Of a stretch of DNA of 64,000 nucleotides, positions 37,877 through 48,980 are shown piece after piece; position 1 is the stretch's first letter, and each line of letters starts with the position of its first letter. Under the pieces are notes generated by a model. It was not told where the DNA came from. It did no database searches and saw nothing but the letters and a program-made list of their open reading frames with translations. The stretch covers positions 57,808 to 121,807 of the IMG/VR virus record IMGVR_UViG_2974625447_000001. One strand, given 5' to 3'. The DNA is from Streptomyces virus Yaboi (lineage: Duplodnaviria; Heunggongvirae; Uroviricota; Caudoviricetes). Made by a program: the position numbers and the translations under genes.

Positions 37877-37995
37877 CTGGGAAGGAGTGATTGAAATCAA
37901 TCGCGTAAAGCTACTTGTAGCAAAGCTAAAGCCCTATCTACCAATGGCTCTCATTTGGTGGAAGAACCGTAAGAACAAGGCTCGCTAAGAGCTAT

Positions 37996-38069
37996 CTCTC
38001 TGTAGCTCAATCGGACAGAGCGTCTGACTACGAATCAGGAGGCTGGAGGTTCGAATCCTCTCAGAGAGA
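37996..38069 (+). tRNA. tRNA-Arg (anticodon ACG)
   Basis: acceptor ctctctg/cagagag perfect; D-arm gctcAATCGGACAgagc; anticodon arm tctga-ctACGaa-tcagg; T-arm ggaggTTCGAATcctct; terminator 38072-38096 follows. Confidence 0.75.
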
Positions 38070-38071
38070 CT

Positions 38072-38102
38072 GGCCGGTGCTAAATGCACCGGCCTTAATT
38101 CA
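38072..38102 (+). terminator. rho-independent terminator after tRNA-Arg
   Basis: ggccggtgctaaatgcaccggcc + ttaatt. Confidence 0.6.
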
Positions 38103-38265
38103 TGTTTAAGGTGATTTAACATGTGTGAAATCGAACGGTGGGAGAGTGAAGGAGGTAGACCCATCAAGTTGCCTTGCATCTTCCATGGAAAAGAATACAA
38201 ACAACACGACTTCTACTATGGAGATGAATGCCGTAGGTGCGGAGTCAAGAAAGATGAGGTAGAAC

Positions 38266-38820
38266 TTGAAGATCTTCTATGATACCGAATTTTATGAAAC
38301 TGGCCCAGAGGAGCCTATTAGGTTCATTAGTCTAGGCGCGGTGCGTGAGGATGGCGAGAAGCTGTACTTAATCACCAACAATCTGTATGCGCTCAACAGA
38401 GCAAATGAGAATCCGTGGCTGGCAGAGAACGTCATCAGCCATTTGCCAGTAAAGCAGAACGGCGATGGAAGCCTCTCCTGGGACACTCAGCACCCTGACT
38501 ATGCAAGGGTGTTGCCCAACGAAGCAATTGCTGGTCTGTGGAGAGATTTCGTTCTGGACTACGATGAACGTGACTACCTTGACAAGCCTGAGCTGTGGGC
38601 ATACTATGGTGCTTATGACCACGTGGTTGTCAGCCAGCTCTTTGGCCGTATGATCGACTTGCCAGATGACATGCCGATGTATACGATGGATCTAAAGCAG
38701 CGCTGGCACACAGAAGGTATGCCTGCCCTTCCTCCGCTGGAAGGATCAGAGCACAACGCCCTTGACGATGCCATGTGGAACAAGGTAGTATCAGAGTATC
38801 TGGACTCCCTTAAGGGATAA
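38266..38820 (+). CDS. DEDD-family 3'-5' exonuclease (DnaQ/RNase T-like)
   Basis: Exo I FYDTEFYE; Exo III HNALDDA; TTG start. Confidence 0.7.
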   Translation: MKIFYDTEFYETGPEEPIRFISLGAVREDGEKLYLITNNLYALNRANENPWLAENVISHLPVKQNGDGSLSWDTQHPDYARVLPNEAIAGLWRDFVLDYDERDYLDKPELWAYYGAYDHVVVSQLFGRMIDLPDDMPMYTMDLKQRWHTEGMPALPPLEGSEHNALDDAMWNKVVSEYLDSLKG

Positions 38821-39259
38821 CGAAACTTAGGCGAAGGGCAAAAAATGGGTGATCGCACCAATGTTGGGGTAGTAATGCGCGCTTCTAATGGGCGCGACAA
38901 GGAAGGCATCCTTTGGGTTTATTCTCACTGGGGCCTGCCAGGTATTACTGCATCAATTGCAAAGGCTCTTGACAATGCCAAGGGTCGATGGGATGATGAT
39001 ATGTATGGACAGCGAATCTTCGTTCAGTCCATCATGGAGGCCGGTGGCATGGAGTCTAGCTCCGAGCTAGGCGGTGGTCTCAGCTTTAACTTCATTGCTG
39101 ACAATGAACACAAGCTTTGGGTGGCAGACTTCTACGACCAAACGATGTATCTCTTCCCAGAGTATGAGGGCAACCTTGACACACCAGAGCCTCTTGCGGT
39201 AATATCATTCCAAGAGTTCGTCACTACTTACCTAAAGTGACACAGCCCTTCGGGGCCTA

Positions 39260-39537
39260 GGGGATGCCTTGGTTTCGACTGGCGCGGATAACCTTAGTTT
39301 GCAGCCTGACATTGAGGAGATGTCATTAAAAAGCCTCAAACCTATAAATGCCAACTCTAACGTTGCATCTGCCTACGCCCTAGCGGCGTGATGGCCGGGC
39401 GGCAACTGCCTAGGAACAGAAAGTTGCGAATGTTTGGCCCGGTGGGGATAAACACATGCAGTACCTGCTTGACACATGGCTGTGTATAGACTACTGTTAG
39501 ATTCGTCAGGACGCGGGTTCGACTCCCGCCATCTCCA
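39260..39537 (+). ncRNA. ssrA: tmRNA (ssrA), tag reading frame ANSNVASAYALAA
   Basis: 5' GGGGATGCCTTGGTTTCGACTGG resembles E. coli tmRNA 5' end; 3' GGACGCGGGTTCGACTCCCGCCATCTCCA nearly identical to E. coli tmRNA T-arm/acceptor; acceptor ggggatg/catctcc with G3-U70; internal frame 39350-39391 GCC AAC ... TAC GCC CTA GCG GCG TGA. Confidence 0.8.
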
Positions 39538-40150
39538 CTTAAGGATCATCATGCAGATGACTGCAAGGTCTACTATGATAGACTTTGATCTCACCGAGCG
39601 CGATGCTCGAACAATTCAGAAAAGCATGAAGACTGGACCAGTCACTCTCAAGGTTACTAGGGTTCAGATCAGCTACACATATGGTGCCGTTCTTGTTGGC
39701 ACTGAGCGTAATCCTGGTCCTCACTACAAGGTGAGGGTGTCAGGATATCGAATGAAGGCTGGCATGAAGCAACGGGATACTGTTGTCCAGCACAGCTATC
39801 TCAACCCTAATCTGCCGGATTGGCTGGAGCAGATGGTTGTTGACAACGCCCCAAACTGGTACTAGGATGTAGACATGCCGAACTGGATGCGACTACCTAA
39901 CACACGCAAGGATGTCTCACTCGGATACCGAATGGGATCTGCGTTCGAAAATGGCTATGGCGATGAGGGACCTCTCGCCAGGGGCCTTGTTGTTGGAGGA
40001 TGTGTTTTCCTCCCCCTTCTAATTGTCATCGCTCTCTTTGGCGGTGCAGCCTACGGACTCTGGGAGCTTGCCACATGGCTCTGGACTATGATAGCCTGAT
40101 GAAGAAGTGGATGGACACCATCCGCAAGATCGAGCAGCGTAAGGACTGAA

Positions 40151-40555
40151 ATGCGTACCAAAACAGTTACCAAACTGGTGCGTAATCTCACGCAAAAAGA
40201 GTACAGCCAGTGTAAGTCTCTGAACTTCCGCTACGATGGCTGTATGATGTATGATCTGCCGTGGTCTAAGAAGGCTTATCCGAAAGACGCACGAGTAGTC
40301 ATGATCAAGGATGCTGAGACTGATATGCTCATTGCATGGTGTCTCGCTTATCCAAATAACAGCGGAGACAACTTCATCACTCAGTATTACACTAGGGTGA
40401 AGTTCCGTGGAATGGGCTATGGGAGTCGCTTGCTGTATCATGTCAGGAAGTTTGCTCCGAGTCCTGTAGTAATGCCGCATGACGAACCAAGTCGTGCATT
40501 CTTCCGAAAGCACGAAGACAAGATCACTGTTCGTGCATCTCACTCACTTTACTGA
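40151..40555 (+). CDS. GNAT family N-acetyltransferase
   Basis: motif A VKFRGMGYGSRLL (R-x-x-G-x-G/A). Confidence 0.5.
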   Translation: MRTKTVTKLVRNLTQKEYSQCKSLNFRYDGCMMYDLPWSKKAYPKDARVVMIKDAETDMLIAWCLAYPNNSGDNFITQYYTRVKFRGMGYGSRLLYHVRKFAPSPVVMPHDEPSRAFFRKHEDKITVRASHSLY

Positions 40556-41046
40556 AAGGCCCAAAATGGCTAAGCGTGTTAAGGCTTTCGAGCTTCGTTC
40601 CACCGACCGTGACAACTTTTTCAACCTCTATGTCGGTGGTAATTGGAAGGGTCTCGTAGAGACCAGCAAGGTTGGCCGCAAGACCAACTTCCGTGTTCAC
40701 GGTGCAAAGCGTAACTTCGAGGACTTCACTGGAACCAAGAAGGACTTTGAGGCTTTCGCCAAGGACCGCTTCTCTAGCTGAGAGGCACCAATGTTTGACA
40801 GGGTAGTTAAGAGCTGGGATTATTCCTGCTACGCCTGTCCGGTGATTGTGGATGGCTTCCTTAAGACGGGGGAGCCATTCTATTTCCGCCTCCGTCATGG
40901 TGTTGCTAGGCTTGTTCTAGAGAACACAAAACGCGCGGCGGTGATGGATGCAATTGACGGTCTAGACGGTACATGTAGTGACGAGCAATTCAAGCGAATG
41001 TTCAATCGACTCTATCTTGAAATCGTAATGGGCTGAAAGGCCCTAA

Positions 41047-41116
41047 TGCTACGTAGCTTAATATGGCAAAGCAACTCTTGGCCAGGGTGTCACGTGGTTC
41101 GAACCCCGTCGTAGCA
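41047..41116 (+). tRNA. degenerate tRNA-like (pseudo-tRNA?)
   Basis: perfect acceptor tgctacg/cgtagca and D-arm gcttAATATGGCAaagc, but T-arm (cgtggTTCGAAcccc) and anticodon arm (loop ttGGCca) are imperfect. Confidence 0.3.
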
Positions 41117-41667
41117 GCAATATCAATTAGACTTCATAATCACCTTCCTGTTATACTAATGGTGCCCTAATCCATCAGAGGCAGGAGGATTGAATATGGA
41201 CTTTGTGGAACACCTAGGTTACCAGTACCTCTCTGATCTTCTGACGGAAATCCGACAGGGCCAGCAGAGATTGGAGGATAGAATGGCAGACCTAACAACT
41301 GAGGTTGCAAACCTCCGCGAAGCGGTATCTGGCGTAAGTTCAAGAGTTGATGCCCTTGTTGGCCCTCTTGCGGACGCCGTTAGAGAGGCACAGGAAGCTC
41401 TACAGGCAGAGCGTGACGCCGCTGAGGCATTGCGTGTATCTGAGGACGCCGAAGATGTTGAGCAGAATGCTGCATTGCAGGACGCTCAGGATCGTCTTGA
41501 TGCTGCACTAGCTCAGGCTTCCGATGCAGCCGATCAGATCAGTGTTGAGACAGCTCGTCTAAATGAGGTCGCAAAGCCAGCAGAGGAGCCTACTCCGGAG
41601 CAGCCAAGCGAGCCAACACCTGATGAGCCATCCGGCCCTGGTACCGAGCTTTGATAGAAAAATAGTT

Positions 41668-41706
41668 GACAGCCAGCTTAATATAATGTTAGGCTGGCTG
41701 TCGCAT
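41668..41706 (+). terminator. stem-loop (10-bp inverted repeat gacagccagc/gctggctgtc), terminator-like
   Basis: perfect inverted repeat around a 15-nt AT-rich loop ttaatataatgttag, directly after CDS ending 41654; overlaps an apparent TTGACA hexamer. Confidence 0.45.
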
Positions 41707-41734
41707 GCTGGGGAAGTTCTTTGGTAAGAGCAGC

Positions 41735-41763
41735 CGCTCTATAGCGTCACTTCATTGTGCACG
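41735..41763 (+). promoter_or_regulatory. sigma-70-like promoter TTGACG-N17-TAGAAT
   Basis: tTTGACGccttctagtagcgctgcTAGAATgacag; transcript leader carries a T-arm-like hairpin before gene at 41853. Confidence 0.45.
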
Positions 41764-43424
41764 GTGTTTTGACGCCTTCTAGTAGCGCTGCTAGAATGAC
41801 AGAGATGGAAGGTTGCGGGTTCGATTCCCGCCCCCGGATTTTAAGGAGTATCATGAAAGATGATCTGATTGAGATCTCAGATGAAGAGTTTCGAGCGGCG
41901 TACCAAAGAAGGTTGAAGGCTCTAGGAATTACTGAGCAAGATCTTCTACGTCAAGCTGCGGCAGGAAACTTTGACACACATCAAATTAGAATGCTATGGT
42001 TTACAGTAGGCGGCTGGAAGAACGGCAAGCCTGTAGTCATGGCGTGAGGAGTGAAATGAACTACAACCCTGGTTAAGTAGCTTGACAAAGCTACACAACA
42101 ACAACTAGGATGTGATGTATGGCTACTGGCAAGGAGCGAGGCTTCAAGGACTGGAAGGGCTCCAAGGAGTTCCGCCGAAGCGCTCGTAATTACACTGAGT
42201 CCGAGACCGTTGGTAAGGGCAAGAAGAAGAACACTCGCAAGTGGTGCAAGGGAAAGGTCGGACGTAAGCACGTCCTTGGGCTTTTCAACAAGTACACCTG
42301 GCGACACGGGTACAAGTGCATCAATTGTGGGCGCGAGTTTCTTTGGCATTTTAGCGACCCGAACCGTGACAAGTTCGACTATGTTCCCGTAAGCTGGGAT
42401 GACCCTAGGGCGAACTGATGCAACTTAAGATGTACGCAATTGCCTGTGACCAAGCAGAAGCTATAAAGAACTGTTACACAGGCAAATATACAAACCAACC
42501 ATTCTGGCCTGATCATAAAACTCTGCTCCCATATCTGGAGCGAGCTAAGGCCGACAATCCTGATCTCCCATTGAAGATCTTTGTCATTAAGGTGAGTGGA
42601 TAAAATTGGCCGGTAACAAGAACAGCCGTAAGAAGTGGCTTTGCCTTGATTGTGGTGTAGACACTGGCAGGGTTGGCGAACACTTCTTTCTGATCAACGA
42701 GGTCTGGTCCTTGACAGGACTTGGGCACAAGGGTATGCTCTGTATTGAGCACGTTGAGAAGCGCATCGGTAGGCGTCTTGTTCCGGCCGATTTTGCTTCT
42801 GTGTGGATCAATGGACCGCGCGGCGGAATGAAGAGTCAGCGCCTTGCCAATCGATTGGGATACAAATGAATTGGAATTGGGTAGACGCGGCTCCAGAGGC
42901 CGTAGCTTATTACAAAAAGAAGAAGGCTGTCAAAGTCAACACAGTTGGCGACATAGAGGTCTGGCGAGATGTTTACGGCTATTCACGATTGATTCGTGAA
43001 AAGGACGGTAAGATTCAGGTCAGCGGTCGAGACTTCTTCACGATCAAGGACGCCACCGATGCAGCCTCTGCGTGTTAAGGTTGGCGATACTGTCTGTGAT
43101 TGCAGATACCTCCACCAAAAGGTGTTGAAGATCTGGCCAGACGGTGATACAGTAACTCTAGAAGATGGGGCAAGCTGCTCCATACGGCACTGCCTTGATG
43201 AAGCAAATCACGAATGGCAGCACCCAGAAGAAAACTAATCAGGAGGCCCGATGAGCTGGTTCAAATCAAAGAAGGGAAAGACTCAGCAAATCACTGAGCC
43301 TTCAAGACTGAGCCTAGATATTCTGGACATTCCAGGAATCGATGATGAAATCGACCAATGTGTTTGTGCGGAAGATTTTCTTGATCTCCTCGAAAAGTAT
43401 CGGAAAAATTAACCAGGAGGACCG

Positions 43425-44501
43425 ATGAAGTTCACCAAGATTTTCTCTCAGGAGCTTCTTGACGAGATGATCGCTGAGGGCTACGTCCGGGTGCAAACTC
43501 ATCCGGTCCTGCCTCTCAAGATTCTTAACTACTCTGAGAAGACTCAGTTCGCCGGAAAGTGGAACGAGTGCACGCTTAACTGCCGAGGCACAATTGTTGA
43601 CTTTGACGGCAACCTGATCGCTCGTCCTTTCATGAAGTTCTTTAACCTGGGTGACTCTCAGTCTGCACAGCTTGACTGGGATGCTCCGGTTGAGGTTACC
43701 GACAAGAAGGACGGGTCTATGGGAGTCTTGTACTCCTATAATGGAGAGCTGGCAATTGCAACTCGCGGCTCATTCATGTCAGATCAGGCAATTCACGCGA
43801 CTCGCGTTCTGAACGAGCGATACAGCCACATTCAGTTCGTCTCAGACTACACATTCATCTTCGAGATCGTTTACCCTGAGAACAGGATCGTTCTGGACTA
43901 CGGTTCACTTGACGACCTGATTCTGTTGGGTGCGGTTCACAAGGAGCATGGGTACGTCTGTGGCCCTCTGGAGGCTCAGGCAATTGTAAATTGGGACGGG
44001 CCGGTGACGGAGGTCTTCAATTACTCATCATTGCGTGAGGCGGCAGGGGCGCAGTACAGGAAGAACGCAGAGGGTTTCGTCGTCCGATCAGGCTCTAAGA
44101 TGGTCAAGATCAAGCAGGCAGATTACGTTGAGCTGCACCGCATGATCTCCATGCTTTCAGAGCGCTCTGTATGGAGTCAGCTCACCGAGGGAAAGACAAT
44201 TCTTGAGATTTGTGAGGCACTGCCTGACGAGTTTCACGGATTCGTCAAGGATGTCGGTGGCAAGCTGCTGGAGGAGTACAAGCGCATTGAGGTTGAGGTT
44301 TACGGTATCTACCAGAACCTTCTGACTTCTTTGGGCGAGGGCTTCTCACGCCGAGACTTCGCTATGGCTGCAAACCGAATTGATCTGTACCGATCTCACA
44401 TGTTCAACCTGCTTGACGGGAAGAGCATCGATGAGCTAATCTGGAAGCAGATCAAGCCGGAGGCCAAGCGAGAGGACGTACACCCTACTAATGCAGGCTA
44501 A
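43425..44501 (+). CDS. ATP-dependent RNA ligase (covalent nucleotidyltransferase, KxDG motif)
   Basis: motif I VTDKKDGSMGVLY (KxDG lysine nucleotidylation site); 358 aa; adjacent to polynucleotide kinase-phosphatase. Confidence 0.7.
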   Translation: MKFTKIFSQELLDEMIAEGYVRVQTHPVLPLKILNYSEKTQFAGKWNECTLNCRGTIVDFDGNLIARPFMKFFNLGDSQSAQLDWDAPVEVTDKKDGSMGVLYSYNGELAIATRGSFMSDQAIHATRVLNERYSHIQFVSDYTFIFEIVYPENRIVLDYGSLDDLILLGAVHKEHGYVCGPLEAQAIVNWDGPVTEVFNYSSLREAAGAQYRKNAEGFVVRSGSKMVKIKQADYVELHRMISMLSERSVWSQLTEGKTILEICEALPDEFHGFVKDVGGKLLEEYKRIEVEVYGIYQNLLTSLGEGFSRRDFAMAANRIDLYRSHMFNLLDGKSIDELIWKQIKPEAKREDVHPTNAG

Positions 44502-45230
44502 TGAAGAGTGGCGCAACGATCCTCGACGTAGGTATTTGGCCGAGCACCTTTGTAAGAAGCGTGCTCGGCTGTACCGTATGATGATTGAGGATCTTGAGAA
44601 AGCAGACCGTTGTCTCCAGATGATTCAGGAGACAGGTGAAGAAGTGCCGAATGCATTTAATGGATACCGAACAATGAGTTTTGCGAGGGATCTAGAAACT
44701 GCCCGGCGGAAATACAAGCATTATAACAATCCAACTAGTGTCCTCATCGGCAACATGGCTGCCTTTGGGGAAGGGGCATAATGAACGAGTTTATTGCTAA
44801 GCATCCTGTGGCTTTCGCCATCACATTCTTTGTGATTGGATGGGTTATCGGATGAACGGGGCTCGCAGGAAGGCGCAAAGCGCCATTTCAAAGGGCAAGT
44901 GTGTAAGTCTTGCCGGTCTTCCAATTGGTTGTGGAAAGACAGTTGATCCCAACAAGGAGTTCAAGAATGAGCTGTCTCGTAGAGAGTACGGAATCTCAGG
45001 TCTCTGTCAGTCTTGTCAAGACAAGTTTGACGACATGTTCTCCGACTAACGGATTCAAGTGTACTGAGTGTGGGTACGAATTCCCATATCATGCTGACAG
45101 TTGTCCTTACCACCCGGACAATCTGTGATGATTGCAGCATTGATCGCAGGCTCCAACGGAGCCTGCGTCTTTGTTTTCGGACTCATAGATGGGTTGACAG
45201 GATCAGCATGGTTCGATAGTCTTAAGACAG

Positions 45231-46139
45231 ATGAACGAAGGAGGCAGCGTGCAGCTTCTAATTCTCCGGGGCGTTCCCGGTTGTGGTAAGAGCACCTGGG
45301 CACACGATGTGTGGCTCAAGGGAAACCCGAATGGTGTTCGTGTAAACCGTGACGACATTCGTATGCAGCTCTTTGGCCGGGAGACCGGAGTAGATGAGGA
45401 GCTTGTAACTCGAATTGAGCACGGAATGGTGGAAGGCGCTCTGTCAAAGGGCTACTCTGTCATTGTCGATGACACCAACATTCGACACAAGTACATCAAG
45501 GAATTTGTCAAGATTGGTCAGCGTCATGGCGCTAGCGTTGCTGTAAAGCAATTCGATGTCTCTCTTGAGACGGCAATTGCTCGAAACAAGGCGCGTGCTG
45601 AGGCCGGTGGCCGAGACGTTCCTGAGTCCGTTATCCGTAGAATGCATCAGTCTCTCAAGTCTAGTGGAATTTTCACTGACTTCCACACTGATGTTACGGC
45701 CGTTCGTCCTTATGAGCGTCCCGAAGGTGCAGAGAAGGTCTACCTCTTTGACATTGACGGCACGCTTGCTGAGATGAATGATCGTGATCCCTTCAATTGG
45801 AGGGAAGTTGGAACGGATGATCCGCGACGACAGGTGATCCTTACTGCTCAGGCTCACGCCAAGGCAGGATACAAGATCATCGTCATGAGTGGACGAGATG
45901 GCTCATGTCGCAATGAAACAATCGCTTGGCTGAACCTGTACGACATTCCTTTCTCAGAATTGCACATGCGTGCTGAGGGGGATATGCGCAAGGACTCCAT
46001 CGTCAAGCAAGAGCTGTTCGATGAGCACATTCGGGACATCTATGATGTTGTGGCTGTGTACGATGATCGTCAGCAGGTTGTTGACATGTGGCGTGCGATG
46101 GGCATAGACTGTTTCCAGGTAGCACCCGGAAACTTCTGA
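45231..46139 (+). CDS. polynucleotide 5'-kinase/3'-phosphatase (Pnkp, T4 PseT-like)
   Basis: N-terminal P-loop LRGVPGCGKSTWA kinase; C-terminal HAD phosphatase LFDIDGTLAEM; terminator 46141-46170. Confidence 0.85.
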   Translation: MNEGGSVQLLILRGVPGCGKSTWAHDVWLKGNPNGVRVNRDDIRMQLFGRETGVDEELVTRIEHGMVEGALSKGYSVIVDDTNIRHKYIKEFVKIGQRHGASVAVKQFDVSLETAIARNKARAEAGGRDVPESVIRRMHQSLKSSGIFTDFHTDVTAVRPYERPEGAEKVYLFDIDGTLAEMNDRDPFNWREVGTDDPRRQVILTAQAHAKAGYKIIVMSGRDGSCRNETIAWLNLYDIPFSELHMRAEGDMRKDSIVKQELFDEHIRDIYDVVAVYDDRQQVVDMWRAMGIDCFQVAPGNF

Positions 46140-46140
46140 C

Positions 46141-46172
46141 AAAAGGGAGCTTCGGCTCCCTTTTGTTGTTTG
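46141..46172 (+). terminator. rho-independent terminator after pnkp
   Basis: aaaagggagcttcggctcccttttgttgtttgg. Confidence 0.7.
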
Positions 46173-46576
46173 GAGATATATGGAAATCATAGGAATGATT
46201 GCAGTCACGCTGCTCTTTGGCTGGCTAGCACTCATGGGAATTGCAATTAATATGATTCCGGCAGAGATGACCCCGGTGCAAAGAATTCTTGTATTGGCAT
46301 GGTCTGTAGGATGGATCTGGCTCTGGTGGATCGTAGTAGGATCTGATATTCAAGTGACGGTGAAGTGATGTTGCCAAACCCTGAGAAGTACGTTAGCATC
46401 TATCCTTACGAGGTTAGTCACGGATCTTGGTCTGTGCTTGGCACTGATGGATATCGATCCCAGACTATTCAGTCTGGCTTCAAAAGCAAAGACCTTGCGC
46501 AAGCATGGATCAGGGTGTATCTTGAGAACTACGTCAAGCAAAGCATGCTTCGAGGTGACGAAGAGTACGAGCTTCC

Positions 46577-46605
46577 TTGACATGCAGTGCCTAGCACGAT
46601 AGAGT
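46577..46605 (+). promoter_or_regulatory. sigma-70-like promoter TTGACA-N17-TAGAGT
   Basis: ccTTGACAtgcagtgcctagcacgaTAGAGTagtacc upstream of lipoprotein gene. Confidence 0.5.
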
Positions 46606-46634
46606 AGTACCAACAACAACGACGAAGGGTCGAA

Positions 46635-47015
46635 ATGAACAAGCTGACTAAGATCGCTGTCTCATCCGTTGTCGTCGGTGGACTTGCCTTTGGGCTGGTT
46701 GGCTGTAACGATGCTCCGGAGGACTTTAAGAAGCGGTGTGACAAGGCCAATGGCAAGGTCATGAAGGAGAATGATTTCGAGGGCGAGACCTTGGGAATGG
46801 CTCCGGTTGCCTTTGTTGCTGGTAAGGGCGGCGGCGGAAGTCGTGGTGGATCTAGCTCAAAGAGCAGTGGTTCAAAGTCTAATGGATCTAAGTCCAAGGG
46901 CTGGGACATGGGCAGTGGTGAGGGCACTAAGCCCAAGCCTAAGAAGAAGTCTAAGAAGAGTGACAACGACTGGATCTGCGTTAAGAACAACGAGATCCTT
47001 TTCGAAGAGGACTGA
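46635..47015 (+). CDS. Gly/Ser/Lys-rich lipoprotein
   Basis: signal peptide plus lipobox LVGC; low-complexity GGGGSRGGSSSKSSGSKS. Confidence 0.4.
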   Translation: MNKLTKIAVSSVVVGGLAFGLVGCNDAPEDFKKRCDKANGKVMKENDFEGETLGMAPVAFVAGKGGGGSRGGSSSKSSGSKSNGSKSKGWDMGSGEGTKPKPKKKSKKSDNDWICVKNNEILFEED

Positions 47016-47580
47016 TAAATGGGATTTATGGACTTTCTTACTGGCGTGGGTAATCCACTAAGTGCGACCTCTCGCGCCGGTCGAAAGCTCGAAGTAGAGG
47101 CTTTGCGCTGGGCGTGCAATCGGGTTAAGCTTCACACGCCATATTATGTTCGTTCTGAGATTCATCCTCGGCACAAGGCAACTTATGCTGACACGAATCC
47201 TGACGGATATGTGTACTTTGAGTACATCTTCGTAAAGAAGACTCGAATTCACAAGATTCCTGTCACTGCGCATGGCACTCGTGCTAATCAGATCTATTAC
47301 TACTACAATGGTGAGATTAGCGAAAAGCGTCCAAAGAATTATCTGACCAATAAGCAGCTCAAGGCGCTAGAGTCACGCATCATGCGTGAGTGCTCTGAGG
47401 GGTTCACCTTTGACTAAGTACAAGAAGGGTGATAGGGTCGAATTCATCCGAGGAAAGCTGGATGGAAAGAAGGGCAAGGTTTCATTTGTTACCGCACACG
47501 GCAAGTTGCTCGTTGACTTGAACGATGGTAGCGATGTATACTGTAACCCAGAAGATGTTAAGCCTGCGTAAGCAGGCCCC

Positions 47581-47662
47581 GCGCTCATGGTGGAATGGCA
47601 GACACACTAGACTGAGACTCTAGGCTCGAAAGGGCGTCCGGGTTCGAGTCCCGGTGGGCGTA
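47581..47662 (+). tRNA. tRNA-Leu (anticodon GAG), class II
   Basis: acceptor gcgctca/tgggcgt; anticodon arm ctaga-ctGAGac-tctag; variable-arm hairpin; T-arm ccgggTTCGAGTcccgg; A73. Confidence 0.7.
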
Positions 47663-48237
47663 CATGGTTTATCTACGAGTTGGCGGCTGGGCAATGGTTG
47701 TAGAAGATCATTGGATTGGTCGTGAAAACTACAAGAATAGATATGGTCGAGTAGTCATGATGACTCGTAGGAAGATTGTCATTGACTTCCCTGGCCTAAA
47801 GCAATTTGAAGATGTTCCAACAAAGAAGGTGGTTGCTTACCAGCCGCCGGATAAGGAAATCAATTGAGCTGGTGGGTAATCGTTCTAATTACAATTGGAA
47901 GTCTGGCAGCGGCTGGCTTTGGATTGTTCGTCTGGGCAATGATTCGTGTAGCTAAGTCCCCTGGTGGCTGGGGACTGTGAGAGGATAAGATGAATTCTGA
48001 TCTCAAGAGGGTCGTAGAGGCAGGCAAGTTTTTGGGCACAGTTGCTCTTGACACTGCTGAACTTGCGTTGCTTCTTCGTAATGCCGATACTGCCCAAAAG
48101 AAGGCGGCACAGGCTTATCTGTCTGCCTTTGAGGAGCAGCGGGGAAAGTGCAAGACTCGGGAAGACTGGAAGATGCTCTACAACGGTGTGAAGAAGCGTC
48201 TGACAGTTTGAAAAATAGGAGTGGCAACACTCCACCC

Positions 48238-48308
48238 GCCCGCTTAGTTCAATGGAAGAACACCTGCTCGACACGCAGGATACGGGAGTTCAATTCTCTC
48301 AGCGGGTA
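48238..48308 (+). tRNA. tRNA-Val (anticodon GAC), unusual C33
   Basis: acceptor gcccgct/agcgggt; D-arm gttcAATGGAAGaac; anticodon arm cctgc-tcGACac-gcagg; T-arm gggagTTCAATTctctc. Confidence 0.55.
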
Positions 48309-48331
48309 CTCCATCGACCGAAAGGGTTTCA

Positions 48332-48769
48332 ATGAATCTCGTTCGAGCCGAGCGCCTTGCGCGCGATCTTATGTGGGAATTCGACCTCTTCACACGAGGA
48401 TGGGAATTCGGTTGGAATCGTATGGTGAAGACATACGGGACCACATACCACGTTCAGAAGATGATTAAGCTGTCAAAGACCTGCACTCCCAATCTGACCG
48501 AGGATCAGGTAGACAACGTAATCCGACACGAAATTGCACACGCCTTGGTTGGGCCGGGGCATGGCCACAATGCGGTATGGCGGGCAAAGGCAATTGAGAT
48601 TGGTTGCACGGGAAATACCTGTGAAAACTATACTCCTGCTACGCCTAAGTGGAAAGCTGTTTGTCCTGACGGACATACGGCAGGAACACGTTACCGCCGC
48701 CCGGCGCGAGGCAGGGTCCTTGTTTGCGCCGTTCATCGTAAGCGAGTAGATTGGGTAAGCAATGTCTAG
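48332..48769 (+). CDS. SprT-like zinc metalloprotease
   Basis: HEIAHALVGPGHGH (HExxH) followed by a Cys zinc ribbon. Confidence 0.6.
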   Translation: MNLVRAERLARDLMWEFDLFTRGWEFGWNRMVKTYGTTYHVQKMIKLSKTCTPNLTEDQVDNVIRHEIAHALVGPGHGHNAVWRAKAIEIGCTGNTCENYTPATPKWKAVCPDGHTAGTRYRRPARGRVLVCAVHRKRVDWVSNV

Positions 48770-48980
48770 TTCAGAAGTAAAGGTCGGCATGATCATCGCA
48801 TCAGTGTTCATTTCACTGTTTGTTGCGATTGGTGTAAGCGTTAACTATTCTGACTATCTAAAGAATCAGACAGCTCAGAAGTGTATTTCTTCTGGCAAGG
48901 TCTGGGGTGAAGGCGCTTGTGTTGACAACGTAAGCGATCTCAAGTATATTGATAATGACTGATCGAGGCCGAAAGGCCAT

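Noticed and set aside
39373-39594. ORFs 39373-39594 (-) and the 5' part of 39476-39865 (+)
   Set aside because: They overlap the tmRNA gene; the real downstream CDS probably starts at 39551
41655-41706. TTGACA...TATAAT promoter at 41664
   Set aside because: The hexamers lie inside a perfect 10-bp inverted repeat hairpin (gacagccagc/gctggctgtc) with only 10-nt spacing to TATAAT; it is more likely a terminator stem-loop
46529-47119. 196-aa minus-strand Pro/Leu-rich ORF
   Set aside because: Antisense to the Gly/Ser-rich lipoprotein gene 46635-47015; compositional mirror artefact
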